Of a stretch of 64,000 bases of DNA, positions 1 through 10,142 are shown piece after piece; within the stretch, counting starts at the first letter, position 1, and every line of letters begins with the position of its first letter. The stretch is from an uncultured Cryomorphaceae bacterium (GTDB lineage Bacteria > Bacteroidota > Bacteroidia > Flavobacteriales > Schleiferiaceae). The notes below the pieces were generated by a model that saw only the letters and a list, made by a program, of their open reading frames with translations, had not been told where the DNA came from and searched no databases. A program made the translations under genes and the position numbers. The stretch is from positions 572,068 through 636,067 of the forward strand of contig CAKZJV010000007.1 of assembly GCA_937120475.1 (NCBI GenBank), given 5' to 3'.

Positions 1-26
1 TTATCCAGCAACAGGATTCGTCCGAA

Positions 27-1253
27 ATGGGTAAACCTTTCCTGCTGAGCAAGTTCCTTTTTAAGAAATTGAAGGAAGAGGCTAAGGCTCAAAGCCTGAA
101 AAGTCTTTTGGCCTCATTTCAATACACCACCCTGGTAGAACGGGCCTTTAAGTTTCACATACTAGACCCCAATGACCCTTCCTACGTGTACTACCTGCTT
201 GAAGGTATCCGCAGAAAGTGTTACATGGATGCCACCATGTGGAAGAAGAACTTTATAACCTACCGTTATTACGAAAACCGCAGCACCGGTAACGGTATGG
301 TTAAAGATCCGATCGAAGATCATCTCTTTACTAAAATGCGCCCCGACCTGCTTTTACTGACTTCCTTTGATGAACAGAACGTTAAAGCAGATTTTTACTG
401 GGAAGAACAGCCCAAATTCACCACCTATGAAGAAGCCTTTATTTTTTACTACCGGGTGGCAAAGGCACTGAATATGAACGAGGCCCTGCTTACCAATGCG
501 CTGAGTATAGTGAGTGATAGTACGGCCAGGGCGGAGTTGCTCAAAGAATATCTCAGTAAGGAAAATATAATTTACAGGGAGTACGCTGAAAACCTCCTGA
601 ACGGCACCATCTATCAACTCCTAACCGAGCATAAGCTAACCGTAATCAGTGATTTTAACGTGAGCATAAGGCAGGGTGATGAAACCATTGTAATTCATCC
701 CTCCGATGAGGATAAAAAAGAAATACGGGCAAAAATGGACAGTGCTTTTGGCAACGACCCTTCGCGCACCCTGATTTTTATGGACGACTTAAGGCAAAAT
801 AATATTGCCGAATACCACAAGTTCGAGCAGATGCAAAATTTCTCCTTCATCCGCCAACTTTCCAAAGGTAACCGCACCGAACTGCACATCATAGAACCGG
901 GTTTTTGGAAAACTTTTAAGGAGTACGGGGTTAATGAAATTGAGTTTGTAAACTGCCGTTACCTGGAGGCTCGTAAATCAGAAAAAGACAAGGATACTTA
1001 TTTAAGTGCCTTGCAAAATTCATATAAAGAGCTATTTGACCAGGAAAAACGTACCCGTGACCTGCAGGTAGTAATCACGCGACTGCGCGAAAAAGAGAAT
1101 AGCGTAATGAAGCTACGTCATTTTGCGGAACACAGTATGTACTTCCGGGAAACCGCCCATGCCCAAATCCCCAAGTTTCTGAAAATATCGGATGGCGAAA
1201 TGGATGAAAGGGCGGTAGAAAGCGATGGCCGTTACCGCTATTACAAAGATTAA
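27..1253 (+). CDS. hypothetical protein (408 aa); the frame is open back to window position 3, so the 5' end may be truncated by the window edge
   Basis: Long ORF with no signal peptide and no recognisable motif. No stop codon upstream in frame before the window start. Confidence 0.5.
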   Translation: MGKPFLLSKFLFKKLKEEAKAQSLKSLLASFQYTTLVERAFKFHILDPNDPSYVYYLLEGIRRKCYMDATMWKKNFITYRYYENRSTGNGMVKDPIEDHLFTKMRPDLLLLTSFDEQNVKADFYWEEQPKFTTYEEAFIFYYRVAKALNMNEALLTNALSIVSDSTARAELLKEYLSKENIIYREYAENLLNGTIYQLLTEHKLTVISDFNVSIRQGDETIVIHPSDEDKKEIRAKMDSAFGNDPSRTLIFMDDLRQNNIAEYHKFEQMQNFSFIRQLSKGNRTELHIIEPGFWKTFKEYGVNEIEFVNCRYLEARKSEKDKDTYLSALQNSYKELFDQEKRTRDLQVVITRLREKENSVMKLRHFAEHSMYFRETAHAQIPKFLKISDGEMDERAVESDGRYRYYKD

Positions 1254-1294
1254 CCCTCTAACACAATAAAAACCAATACTTTTCATTTTATTAC

Positions 1295-1302
1295 TACCTT
1301 TG
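1295..1302 (+). promoter_or_regulatory. possible Bacteroidetes -7 promoter element (TAnnTTTG) for the peroxidase gene
   Basis: TACCTTTG lies about 22 nt upstream of the ATG at 1325. It matches the Bacteroidetes sigma-A -7 consensus TAnnTTTG. No clear -33 TTG. Confidence 0.3.
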
Positions 1303-1324
1303 AAAGTAACCCATACCCTGCAAA

Positions 1325-2449
1325 ATGAAATTTAAAATCTTAGTATCCGCCCTGCTCGCGGTGGTTTGTTTGAGCCTGTTTTTTCAATCCTGCTCCAAAA
1401 ACGATGACCTGGCTTACAACACCAACAGCGTTACCCTCGACCTTTCTCATAACTACCAGTACAACGTAGGTGATGCCGATCGTGCCACACTGGGTCGTGT
1501 ATTGTTTTACGACAAATCCCTTTCTATTAACAATTCCATTTCCTGCGGTTCATGCCACAAACAAAGCCTGGCCTTTGCCGATGATGTGGCCCAAAGCCCG
1601 GGCTTTGAAAATTTTAAAGGCGAACGAAACACGCCCCCTATCCAGAACCTGGGTTCATTTTTTACCCTTGGTAATTCCGCAGGGCAGGCACTTTTTTGGG
1701 ATGGTCGCGAACGCGATTTATCACGTATGGTACTGCAACCCTATTTCAATCACGTGGAAATGGGTGTTCCCAGTACCCATTACCTTCTAAAAAAGATTAA
1801 AAGCCGTCCCTACTATCAGGAGCTTTTCAAAAAAGCTTTTGTTGACGGTGAAATCAATATAAGTAACGTTTCAGAAGCCTTGCAGATTTTTATTATGAAT
1901 ATGCAAAGTTTCGGCTCCGACTTCGACAAGCGTTTCAGGGCCACCGTAATGGGTTTAGCACTTAGCGCCCAGGAGCAAAGAGGGTTGGATTTGTTTTTTA
2001 ACAAGTATAATTGTGGAAGTTGCCATCAATTGAACTCCCCTATCGGTTACGTACCTACCGCCAGCCCTACCCTGGAAAGCACTGAAAATTCAGAACTGCT
2101 GAACATTGGTTTGGATGTTGTATATGATGATAAAGGCTTGGGGGCTGTTACCGGTAATGCTGAGGACGATGGTAAGTTCAAAATTCCCAACCTCCGGAAT
2201 GTAGCTTTAACCGCTCCTTACATGCACGATGGACGCTTTGAAACCCTGGAAGAGGTTATTGACCATTACAGCATCGGTATCCAGGATAATGAAAACCTTG
2301 ATTTTCGCCTGCGCAACGCTTCCGGTAATCCCCTGGTATTGAACATTACCCAACAGGAAAAAGACGACCTGATTGTATTTTTACACTCCCTAACCGACCG
2401 TGAACTTATCTCGGACCCCCGTTTATCCGATCCTTTTAAGAAAAACTAA
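1325..2449 (+). CDS. ccp: di-heme cytochrome c peroxidase (CCP/MauG family), lipoprotein
   Basis: Two CxxCH heme motifs (CGSCHKQ, CGSCHQL). Conserved MHDGRFETLEEVIDHY block. Lipoprotein-type signal peptide (LFFQSCSK). Confidence 0.8.
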   Translation: MKFKILVSALLAVVCLSLFFQSCSKNDDLAYNTNSVTLDLSHNYQYNVGDADRATLGRVLFYDKSLSINNSISCGSCHKQSLAFADDVAQSPGFENFKGERNTPPIQNLGSFFTLGNSAGQALFWDGRERDLSRMVLQPYFNHVEMGVPSTHYLLKKIKSRPYYQELFKKAFVDGEINISNVSEALQIFIMNMQSFGSDFDKRFRATVMGLALSAQEQRGLDLFFNKYNCGSCHQLNSPIGYVPTASPTLESTENSELLNIGLDVVYDDKGLGAVTGNAEDDGKFKIPNLRNVALTAPYMHDGRFETLEEVIDHYSIGIQDNENLDFRLRNASGNPLVLNITQQEKDDLIVFLHSLTDRELISDPRLSDPFKKN

Positions 2450-2463
2450 ATCAGCCTTTACTA

Positions 2464-3171
2464 ATGATCCGAAAAATTGCAGCCGCGGCCTTGTTGTGCG
2501 GTTTGGCCATGAGTTCAGCCAGGGCTCAAATGACCTTTGACGAAGGTGATAAAATCAGTCATCACATAGGTTTCCAGGTAAATCCTTTACTAAAACAAAT
2601 TGTGAATTTTGGTAATAGCCCGGCTATCGATAACCCATTTCTGGTTAAGTACGCCCTGCGGTTTAACCAATCCCGCTCCGAGATATTAGCCGGCTTCGGT
2701 TACCGTTTTACGGAAACTTCCACCGAAAACGGTTTAAAGTCCGATTTATCTGATCTCTCTTTCCGTATCGGCTACGCGAAAAAGCGAATGGTGGGAGCAC
2801 GCTTTGAGGTGGGGTTGGGCCTCGACCTGGTTTGGAACGCCCAAAACAACCAGACTATTAACGTGCAAAGCTTTAGAAACGGTGGATTTTTAGATTCCAC
2901 TATTTCCACCACCCGCTCCAATGCCAATAGCCTGGGAGGTGGCCCACAAATTACCATTGGCTATTACCTCACAAACCGGGTAAAGGTTGGCACCGAGGCT
3001 ACTTTTTACTTTTTAGCAGGTATTAATAAATTAACGCTTAAGGAGTTAAATTACCGCACAGACCCTAACGGGCAAATTATCGAAACCACCAATTACCAGG
3101 AATCTGAGAATAAAACGCGTGACTTGCAAATGCAGTTACCGGTAGCTCTATTCCTGACTATTGTGCTTTAG
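2464..3171 (+). CDS. hypothetical secreted or outer-membrane protein
   Basis: N-terminal signal peptide (AMSSARAQ). Beta-rich composition with alternating residues. Confidence 0.45.
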   Translation: MIRKIAAAALLCGLAMSSARAQMTFDEGDKISHHIGFQVNPLLKQIVNFGNSPAIDNPFLVKYALRFNQSRSEILAGFGYRFTETSTENGLKSDLSDLSFRIGYAKKRMVGARFEVGLGLDLVWNAQNNQTINVQSFRNGGFLDSTISTTRSNANSLGGGPQITIGYYLTNRVKVGTEATFYFLAGINKLTLKELNYRTDPNGQIIETTNYQESENKTRDLQMQLPVALFLTIVL

Positions 3172-3244
3172 CATTACCTTCCAGGTTGCACCCGGTTTTT
3201 CGGCCCAGTTTGTATTTTGATGTTCAATCGTTGCTTATATTGCA

Positions 3245-4153
3245 GTGGTCAACCAAACCACCATGAACAACCGAATCAAACACATACTGGCTGCACTGGT
3301 AGCGGCCTTGCTTATTGTAGCCTCTTTTCTCAATTTATTTTACCAACCGGCCCTTGAATTTCAAACTCAAGCGTCCAAAGATGTTTTGGCCAGCGTGGCC
3401 GTGCTGTCTGAAGTAGAGGCGGCTACCATTCCCATAGCCGAGAGTATTCCCCTGGTAAAGGATTGGGCGCATACCTACGAGGATGATTTCAATAAACTTT
3501 TGCAATACCTGGATATTTCCAGCATCATGATATTGTTACAGCTTACCTTGCTGGAACTGAGTCGTTGGATGCTCTTTAAATGGGCTATGGTGGTTTTATT
3601 TATCGGACTTTGGATTCCCGCCATCCGGTCGGTATGCATGAAGTTATTGATACTGGCCCTGCTTATATCTCCGGGCATCAGCATTTATACCTATGCCATG
3701 CAAGGTGTGGTAAAAACCATGGATATGGACCTCGGTTCGGAGTTACATAAGAGCCTTCAGGCCACTAAAGATTCTATCAATGCACAAAAAACCATGCACC
3801 AAAATAAGCTCGACAGCCTCGAAAACTACCAGAGAAGCGAGCATGAAGGTAAACTGAGCTTTGGTGACCGTATTAAAGACGGGCTTATTAAAGCCACCTA
3901 CAACGTTGAGGATGCCGTTAGTAAAATTGGGCATGAGGTGCTGGATATTCTTCGCTTTGCCAGCCACAATGCGGTACGTATAGGTTTAGCCATTCTGGTT
4001 AACATTTTTGTGGTATTTGTACTGATGCCCCTGCTCTTCTGGTATATTTTCGGACTGTTTCTCAAACGGCTCTTTAATTACAGCTACCCGCTAAACGTGG
4101 TGCAACAGCAAGAAGACGATCTTAAAAATTTAACTTCAAAACCAAAATCCTGA
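3245..4153 (+). CDS. hypothetical membrane protein
   Basis: Several hydrophobic helices. ORF runs to 1 nt before the next gene. Confidence 0.45.
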   Translation: MVNQTTMNNRIKHILAALVAALLIVASFLNLFYQPALEFQTQASKDVLASVAVLSEVEAATIPIAESIPLVKDWAHTYEDDFNKLLQYLDISSIMILLQLTLLELSRWMLFKWAMVVLFIGLWIPAIRSVCMKLLILALLISPGISIYTYAMQGVVKTMDMDLGSELHKSLQATKDSINAQKTMHQNKLDSLENYQRSEHEGKLSFGDRIKDGLIKATYNVEDAVSKIGHEVLDILRFASHNAVRIGLAILVNIFVVFVLMPLLFWYIFGLFLKRLFNYSYPLNVVQQQEDDLKNLTSKPKS

Positions 4154-4155
4154 AT

Positions 4156-4923
4156 ATGAAAACCAAACACTTAGCCCTGGGCTTGTTCAGCTTATTACTG
4201 GCTTGTAACCAGGCTCCATCTGAAAAAAACATTCAAGACAAAGCGGATAGCACTTCTGCCAGGCCGGATACCGTGGCTAAAGCAAAGGAGCCCGCTCCAG
4301 CCAAAGGGCCCTACCTGGGCATTGATGTATCCCACTTTCAAGGTGACGTAAACTGGCAGGAAATTAAAGACGCAGGATTACATTTTGCCTTTGACAAGGC
4401 TACCCAGGGGACATCCTATAAAGATCCGGATTACCAGCAGAACCGCACAGGGGCGCAGGCCGTGGGCCTGAAGCACGGAGCTTATCACTTTTATGTAGCC
4501 GGTGACGACCCCCTGAAGCAGGCCGACCTTTTTCTTTCGGTGCTAAACTATGAAAAGGGAGACATGCCCCCGGTACTGGACTTGGAGCAAGGAGGAATGA
4601 AAGCCGGGATTAACACCGCCACCTACCAGCAAAATGTTTTGAAGTGGCTAACCACCGTAGAACAGAAACTGAACGTGCGGCCGATCGTTTATACCAACCA
4701 TCCCTTTGGTAACCAATACCTGGACCATCCCGATTTCAGTAAGTATGACCTTTGGATCGCTGAATATGAAGTGAGCGAACCTAAAATTCCCAACGCCTGG
4801 AAGGATAAAGGCTGGTTGATCTGGCAGCGCAGTGAGCGCGGTAAGGTAGAAGGTGCCGTAGGCGATGTGGATCATGATCTATACAATCCCAAAGCGGACT
4901 TTGTAGATGCAGCCAACCAATAA
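4156..4923 (+). CDS. glycoside hydrolase family 25 lysozyme (muramidase), lipoprotein
   Basis: GIDVSHFQGDVNW...FAFDKATQG...DP...GLKHGAYHF matches the GH25 catalytic core. Lipoprotein signal (LLACNQ). Confidence 0.75.
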   Translation: MKTKHLALGLFSLLLACNQAPSEKNIQDKADSTSARPDTVAKAKEPAPAKGPYLGIDVSHFQGDVNWQEIKDAGLHFAFDKATQGTSYKDPDYQQNRTGAQAVGLKHGAYHFYVAGDDPLKQADLFLSVLNYEKGDMPPVLDLEQGGMKAGINTATYQQNVLKWLTTVEQKLNVRPIVYTNHPFGNQYLDHPDFSKYDLWIAEYEVSEPKIPNAWKDKGWLIWQRSERGKVEGAVGDVDHDLYNPKADFVDAANQ

Positions 4924-5011
4924 TTTTGAAAATCATTCTTAACCAATAAGTTAGGGTAAATTCTGGTTTCCGTATGTTTGAACTAAGTTTTTGCCTTAAT
5001 CTATTCCTGAT

Positions 5012-6403
5012 ATGAAAAAGCTAGTACTCAGTCTTTTATTATTACCCATTTTTATCGCTCAAAGCTCCGCCAACCACATTGTAGGTGCAGAACTCAACTA
5101 CCGCATAGATGCGGCCGGAGATATTATTTTCACAGCAAATTTATATGGAAGACTCTCCCCACAAGGGTCCATTACATTTGGTGGTGGGACGGTACAAATC
5201 ACCAATAATGCAGGTATCAATATAAATATTCCCTTTGTTAAAGAAGATACTCTTCAATCGAGTATTGCGGTACCTTATGGTGTCAGGCGCAGGCAATACC
5301 AGGGAAAGGTTAATGTTTCTTCCCTAAACTGCAACAACTGCACCTTCAGTTTTTCCTATTGTTGCCGCAGTGCTTCCGCTAATTGGAATAATTCAACGGG
5401 TGTGTGGCTGGATGTTCAGGCTTTTTTGGATCTTTCAGCGGTCAATTCCTTTCCTTATTCCGGTCCATCTTTTCTGAGCGAACCCATGTATGCATTTCCG
5501 CAGGATACCCTATGGAAATACGACCTTTTGCTCTTCGATGCGGATGGGGATTCCACCTACACTTCGTTGGTCATTCCTTCCACACCGAACTATTCACTAC
5601 CTCCTTCCAATCCATCGGGCATTATTAATTTAAGCCCAGAGGGGATATTTAGCTGGAATGCTCCGGCTTCAGGAACCTACAGCCTTATTTATAAAGTTGA
5701 AAAATTTAACTCTGCAGGTGTATTAACGGGCAGTAGTACCCGTGATGTGCTCCTGGGCGTTAACCTGGATAGCTCTTTGTACGGCTACTCAATACTTCCC
5801 CCCAATATTTCCAATACCCTGGGTGGTATTCCCCTGGTTGATTTCACCGGAGATTCTACCAACCTTTTTACGCTCCCCTTTTATTTGAATGATACCAATG
5901 CTCAAATAGGCGTTACCGTTTCAGGCGCACCTTTTGAATATCAAAATTCCGATGCCGCGTTTACCGTAGCCAAGCTCAAGCGAAATAGTGATACTTTGAT
6001 GGCTGTTTTCAGTTGGAGTCCGCAGGCCGCAAGAAAAAGAGATGAGCCTTACCGGGTGGCCTTCAGTTTTTACGATGGTGCCTTTACCTATGATTACAGC
6101 GTTTACCTTACGGTGAATTCAGTAGTTGGCCAGAAGGAAAATCCCGTTAATTCCCCATTTTCCACCCTTTTCCCTAACCCCAGTAACGGAGAAGTAAACC
6201 TGGGTATCAGCGAAAACTGGTCGTCCGGTAAGTTGGAAATCCGAGCCTACAACACCTCCGGACAGCTTGTTTACCAGGAACATTTGCAAAATATTCAGCC
6301 GGGTGAAAACCTCCGCCTGTCTAAAAAATTCGAAAATGGCTTCTACCTCGTTCAATTAAAAGGTGATAAGCGCCAGGAAACCTTACCGCTATTAGTTCAT
6401 TAG
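5012..6403 (+). CDS. secreted protein with T9SS C-terminal sorting domain (Por_Secre_tail)
   Basis: Signal peptide. C-terminus FPNPSNGEVNL...GFYLVQLKGDKRQETLPLLVH is typical of a type A T9SS C-terminal domain. Confidence 0.7.
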   Translation: MKKLVLSLLLLPIFIAQSSANHIVGAELNYRIDAAGDIIFTANLYGRLSPQGSITFGGGTVQITNNAGININIPFVKEDTLQSSIAVPYGVRRRQYQGKVNVSSLNCNNCTFSFSYCCRSASANWNNSTGVWLDVQAFLDLSAVNSFPYSGPSFLSEPMYAFPQDTLWKYDLLLFDADGDSTYTSLVIPSTPNYSLPPSNPSGIINLSPEGIFSWNAPASGTYSLIYKVEKFNSAGVLTGSSTRDVLLGVNLDSSLYGYSILPPNISNTLGGIPLVDFTGDSTNLFTLPFYLNDTNAQIGVTVSGAPFEYQNSDAAFTVAKLKRNSDTLMAVFSWSPQAARKRDEPYRVAFSFYDGAFTYDYSVYLTVNSVVGQKENPVNSPFSTLFPNPSNGEVNLGISENWSSGKLEIRAYNTSGQLVYQEHLQNIQPGENLRLSKKFENGFYLVQLKGDKRQETLPLLVH

Positions 6404-6415
6404 CCTTTTACATTT

Positions 6416-6913
6416 ATGAAAAAAGTATTCTTAGCACTTTGCCTTGGACTATTTACAACTTCTCTCCTAAAAGCTCAATCCAAACTACCCGCCTCTTATT
6501 TAAACGTTGGCCTGGGGGTTGGAATGAACTATGGCATAATAGGAACCAAAACGGTTATAGGCTATAAAAACTCCGGCCTGCTGGTTGGCCTTGGTTATTT
6601 ACCGGGTGGTTTTACGGGTTACGAAGTAGGCGCTCAACTGGGCATAAATTGGTTTTTCGCCAATTTTGGCTACGGTACCATAGGTACTTACCAGGTAAAC
6701 AATGAAGACCCTCAGGTTACGGAGGCTTTTAACTTAATGGTGGGAGCAATGATAGGGCTCGGCCAGAGTAAGCGAACTTTTATTGATCTTGGTGTAGGCC
6801 ATACCTTTGGAGCTCCGGCTATTGAGTCGCCATTAGGTGAGATCGAACAGAATGCATTCACCATTGCTTTAGGCGTAGGATACCGCTTTGGAACCATCAA
6901 AAAGAGAGATTAA
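6416..6913 (+). CDS. small Gly-rich secreted or outer-membrane protein
   Basis: Signal peptide ending KAQS. Gly-rich beta-type sequence. Confidence 0.45.
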   Translation: MKKVFLALCLGLFTTSLLKAQSKLPASYLNVGLGVGMNYGIIGTKTVIGYKNSGLLVGLGYLPGGFTGYEVGAQLGINWFFANFGYGTIGTYQVNNEDPQVTEAFNLMVGAMIGLGQSKRTFIDLGVGHTFGAPAIESPLGEIEQNAFTIALGVGYRFGTIKKRD

Positions 6914-6943
6914 AAAAGCGGGACAACATACTTTAATTCTAAT

Positions 6944-7978
6944 ATGAATATGGAGTTCCGGTCACTTTACATCATTCTGTTATTCTTCCTGTACGGTGCT
7001 GATGTTTACGCACAGGACACCCCTTACTGGTATAGCTTAAAAACCGGCTCTAAGGCCAGCTTGCGGGGCTTGGCGGCAGTTTCTGAAAAAGTATGCTGGG
7101 CCAGCGGTTCGGAAGGCACGGTTTTACGAACCGTTGATGGTGGCCAAAACTGGCAGGATGTTTCGGTGCCCGGAATGAGCGCACTGCAATTTCGCGATAT
7201 CCAGGCCTTCGGGCCCGACACGGCCTTGATACTGTCGGCCGGGCTGCCCGCCATAATCTGCCGCACTACCAATGGTGGGCAAATCTGGGATACCGTTTTT
7301 TACAGCGTGCAAGAGGGTTTGTTTTTTGATGCCTTCGACTTTTGGAATCAAGACAGAGGTATTGCCTTTAGCGATGCTCCCAAGGATCAATTGTACTTGA
7401 TAGAGACTATGGACGGTGGTAAAAACTGGACTCCCCTGCCCCCGGAAAATTTGCCGCGTGTACTTCCTAAGCAAGGAGGCTTTGCCGCGTCTGGCACCTG
7501 TTTGAAAACCTTTGGGCCCGGAAAAGTGATTATTGGCCTGGGAGGTGCGGAAGCTACAGTATTAGTTTCCGAAGACTATGGTCGAAGCTGGTACCATACC
7601 GTAGCTCCACTTGACCAGGGAGAGCCCTCGAAGGGCATCTTTTCCTTTGACTTTATAAACGAAAAAGGTTTTTGCGTGGGTGGTGATTATCAGGGCGACT
7701 CCCTCACCCGGTTTTCCATTGCCAAAACTACCGATGGTGGTAAAAGATGGACCGCAGTAAAGGCTTCCGGTATTTTTGGAGAGTACCGCTCCTGCATTGC
7801 CTACATTGACGAACAAAGATTAGTTGCTACCAGCCGCAATGGTTGCAGTTATTCCAAAAACGGTGGGAGAAGCTGGCAAAGTTTAAGCGGTTCCTTTTAC
7901 ACGGTTAGTGTGGGAAAAGATGGTGCTGTTTGGGCATCAGGACCCGAAGGAAAGGTGGGTATTTTAAGTTTCCGGTAA
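6944..7978 (+). CDS. BNR/Asp-box repeat protein (Ycf48-like or sortilin-type beta-propeller)
   Basis: Repeated S/T-x-D-G-G-x-x-W motifs (VDGGQNW, TNGGQIW, MDGGKNW, TDGGKRW, KNGGRSW). Signal peptide. Confidence 0.65.
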   Translation: MNMEFRSLYIILLFFLYGADVYAQDTPYWYSLKTGSKASLRGLAAVSEKVCWASGSEGTVLRTVDGGQNWQDVSVPGMSALQFRDIQAFGPDTALILSAGLPAIICRTTNGGQIWDTVFYSVQEGLFFDAFDFWNQDRGIAFSDAPKDQLYLIETMDGGKNWTPLPPENLPRVLPKQGGFAASGTCLKTFGPGKVIIGLGGAEATVLVSEDYGRSWYHTVAPLDQGEPSKGIFSFDFINEKGFCVGGDYQGDSLTRFSIAKTTDGGKRWTAVKASGIFGEYRSCIAYIDEQRLVATSRNGCSYSKNGGRSWQSLSGSFYTVSVGKDGAVWASGPEGKVGILSFR

Positions 7979-7989
7979 TGTCATAAAAT

Positions 7990-8019
7990 AAGGGGCTGGT
8001 TTAAACCAGCCCCTTTTAT
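7990..8019. terminator. bidirectional rho-independent terminator hairpin
   Basis: AAGGGGCTGGTTTAAACCAGCCCCTT followed by TTTT, lying between converging genes. Confidence 0.6.
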
Positions 8020-8046
8020 TATAAGCCAAACGTAATGTAAGCTTGT

Positions 8047-8484
8047 TTAATAGATATGAATATGCCCGGGACCACTTCTACAGTAGGCCGTCCACAGGAA
8101 ATTCATCGTTGACGGACAACCGTTACAGCCTCCGGTAGAAACGCTACCTGATGTAGGTGCTCCATAACCGGGACAGGAAACACAAGACGGGTGACCATCC
8201 GTATCCAGGGCCTGGCCCCAAACACAAGCTCCACTGCCATAGGGAAGTGGAGTGATTTCAGCATACACCCACTCCTCTGAACCAGGAGCAGTTGCAGGAA
8301 CACTGGCTCCGGAAACCACGGTAAAGTTCTGAACGGTCGCATCGGCACAACTGCTGCCCGGGTCTTTGGCATACAATTGCACCAACACATCGCAACTGGT
8401 ACCGTTTTCAAGTAAAAGATAGTTTTGTGCATAAGCACCGGAGGCCATAAGAAACAGGCCTGCCACAAATGAGAGAATTTTCAT
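8047..8484 (-). CDS. small secreted Cys-rich protein, a distant member of the Cys-rich family at 30980, 35591 and 36020
   Basis: Signal peptide (ASGAYAQ). About 12 Cys residues. Layout resembles the paralog family (compare ...VVSGASVPATAPGSEEWVY...). Confidence 0.5.
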   Translation of the reverse strand: MKILSFVAGLFLMASGAYAQNYLLLENGTSCDVLVQLYAKDPGSSCADATVQNFTVVSGASVPATAPGSEEWVYAEITPLPYGSGACVWGQALDTDGHPSCVSCPGYGAPTSGSVSTGGCNGCPSTMNFLWTAYCRSGPGHIHIY

Positions 8485-8877
8485 AATACAGGTTTAAAAT
8501 TAATTAGTTGCCTAAATATATGAAAATAAGGGAACTAAAAAAATATAACCCGTTAATGCCCCAGGTGACATCAAAGATAATTGAAGGAAAATCCTTGCTT
8601 TACAGGCTTAAATTCAAGCTTTTTGTGGCTAGAGGTAACGAATAATTTGGAGTGGATTTTTTGGCGAGTAGGACGCGGATCACCTTCAAGGCCTAACCCC
8701 ATCCGGATCACCGCGTCACCCTCCCCTGATGTAAAGAGGCCAGGCCTCTTCACTGAAGTAGATACTTCGCCAAAACGTTTCCGGCTAATTTACAAACCTA
8801 TGATTTTTAAGGTGGTAATTCTCGTTGAAAGTTGCTTTTACCATGCCGGATGAGCTTTTTTGGGCGTTTAATGGAAA

Positions 8878-8898
8878 GAGCGGGCACCAGGCCCGCTC
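8878..8898 (-). terminator. putative terminator hairpin downstream of the HlyD-family gene
   Basis: GAGCGGGC-ACCAG-GCCCGCTC stem-loop. Flanking T-richness is weak. Confidence 0.35.
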
Positions 8899-8923
8899 CG
8901 GGTTTTCCTCCGCTTTATTTTGT

Positions 8924-9880
8924 TTAGTTTTTTACCAATACCCTGATCTCCTGACCGGCAAGTTCGCTCCACTGCCGCCTGTCCGTATCGTTTATAGCTT
9001 CTATATGCAGTACCACTTTTTCAGAATCGGATGGATCAGCTCCAGCGGTGTGCCCTTTATCCATCATACTCACCTCTGCTATCCGACCGGCCGATTCCAT
9101 GCCATTGGGTAAAATTACCTGTACCGCAGTATTATGATCGGTATTTTCCAAATGGCTCAACGGTATAAGCGCATGGATGTAGGCAGAACTCTCGTCATCA
9201 ATGTACATTACTATCTGCTCACCGCTAATCTTTTCATTTTCCCGGAAGTTTATCCGATGGATGCGTGAGTTGTAGAGGGCCGTATAGTATAAAATGTCCT
9301 GGTCATTCTTTACACCTTCCTGTGCCCTGTGTTTCATTAAAAGCTCCAGTATTTTTTGCTCATACATCAGGCGAGCTGCTTCATCCTTTAAAACGCGATA
9401 TTCCGACTTCAGCATTTTTAAATGCTCCGCCTCCCTACGGTTGTGGCGTGATAATCGTTTAAATCTCGATTGCTTTTGCAGTGAAAGCTCCAATTGGTTC
9501 AGGTTTCGCCTGAGCTGCTTTTTACACTCATTATGTCGTCTCAACAGCCTTTGCCTCAAAACAGCGTTGCTGGTATAGGGCGTAGCGGGTTCACCGGGTT
9601 TTTGAAAATTGATAATCCGGAAGCTGAAAAGGGTATCTCCGGCTTTCACGGAACTTCCTTCTGCAACTCTTATCTTTTCAATAATAAGATGATCCGGGGC
9701 ATAAAGGCCCAATTCCCCTTTCTCAATTTGCCCGGTCAGTTCAACACCTCCGGCCTTAAGCCCTAACCACCAGGTTAGTGCACCGGCTATCAATGTGCTT
9801 ATAATTATCAAACCGGTTTTTAAAGTAATTGTAGATTTTCGGTGGGATTGCCGTTGAAATCTACCGCCTTTTTTTGTCAA
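8924..9880 (-). CDS. HlyD-family membrane fusion or secretion adaptor protein
   Basis: N-terminal TM segment, a long coiled-coil region (QLELSLQKQ...) and a C-terminal beta-barrel-like region, as in HlyD. Confidence 0.6.
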   Translation of the reverse strand: MTKKGGRFQRQSHRKSTITLKTGLIIISTLIAGALTWWLGLKAGGVELTGQIEKGELGLYAPDHLIIEKIRVAEGSSVKAGDTLFSFRIINFQKPGEPATPYTSNAVLRQRLLRRHNECKKQLRRNLNQLELSLQKQSRFKRLSRHNRREAEHLKMLKSEYRVLKDEAARLMYEQKILELLMKHRAQEGVKNDQDILYYTALYNSRIHRINFRENEKISGEQIVMYIDDESSAYIHALIPLSHLENTDHNTAVQVILPNGMESAGRIAEVSMMDKGHTAGADPSDSEKVVLHIEAINDTDRRQWSELAGQEIRVLVKN

Positions 9881-10142
9881 TTTTTTATTGTTTGCTCAGG
9901 TTATTTTATCCCTTACACGGGATGGGTGTAAAGTGTGACCAAAACTAATCAGCTAACCTTTGATACATTTTATTATTCGGCCAGTATATTGGTTTAGCCG
10001 TTGGTTGACGGTAAATATCCGGTGAATGGTTGGAGGTCTTTAGGCGTAAAGTTCAGTAGTATCTATGGCCTTTACGCCTAAAAACCGAAGGAACATACAT
10101 ACCAGGAAAAGGTCTCAATTAAACATCCCTTTCCAGGCAGCA

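Noticed and set aside
354-617. Numerous short ORFs in the six-frame track nested inside or antisense to long genes (e.g. 354-617, 1470-1790, 11190-11579, 26044-26235, 38349-38558, 56746-57258)
   Set aside because: They lie wholly inside longer, motif-supported ORFs on the same or opposite strand. They have no independent signals and read as low-complexity translations.
8571-9112. Several 60-95-aa ORFs in the 8500-8920 intergenic region and overlapping the HlyD gene
   Set aside because: Overlapping frames, no motifs, in the promoter and leader DNA of the divergent gene at 8047-8484. The HlyD reading frame on the opposite strand is far better supported.
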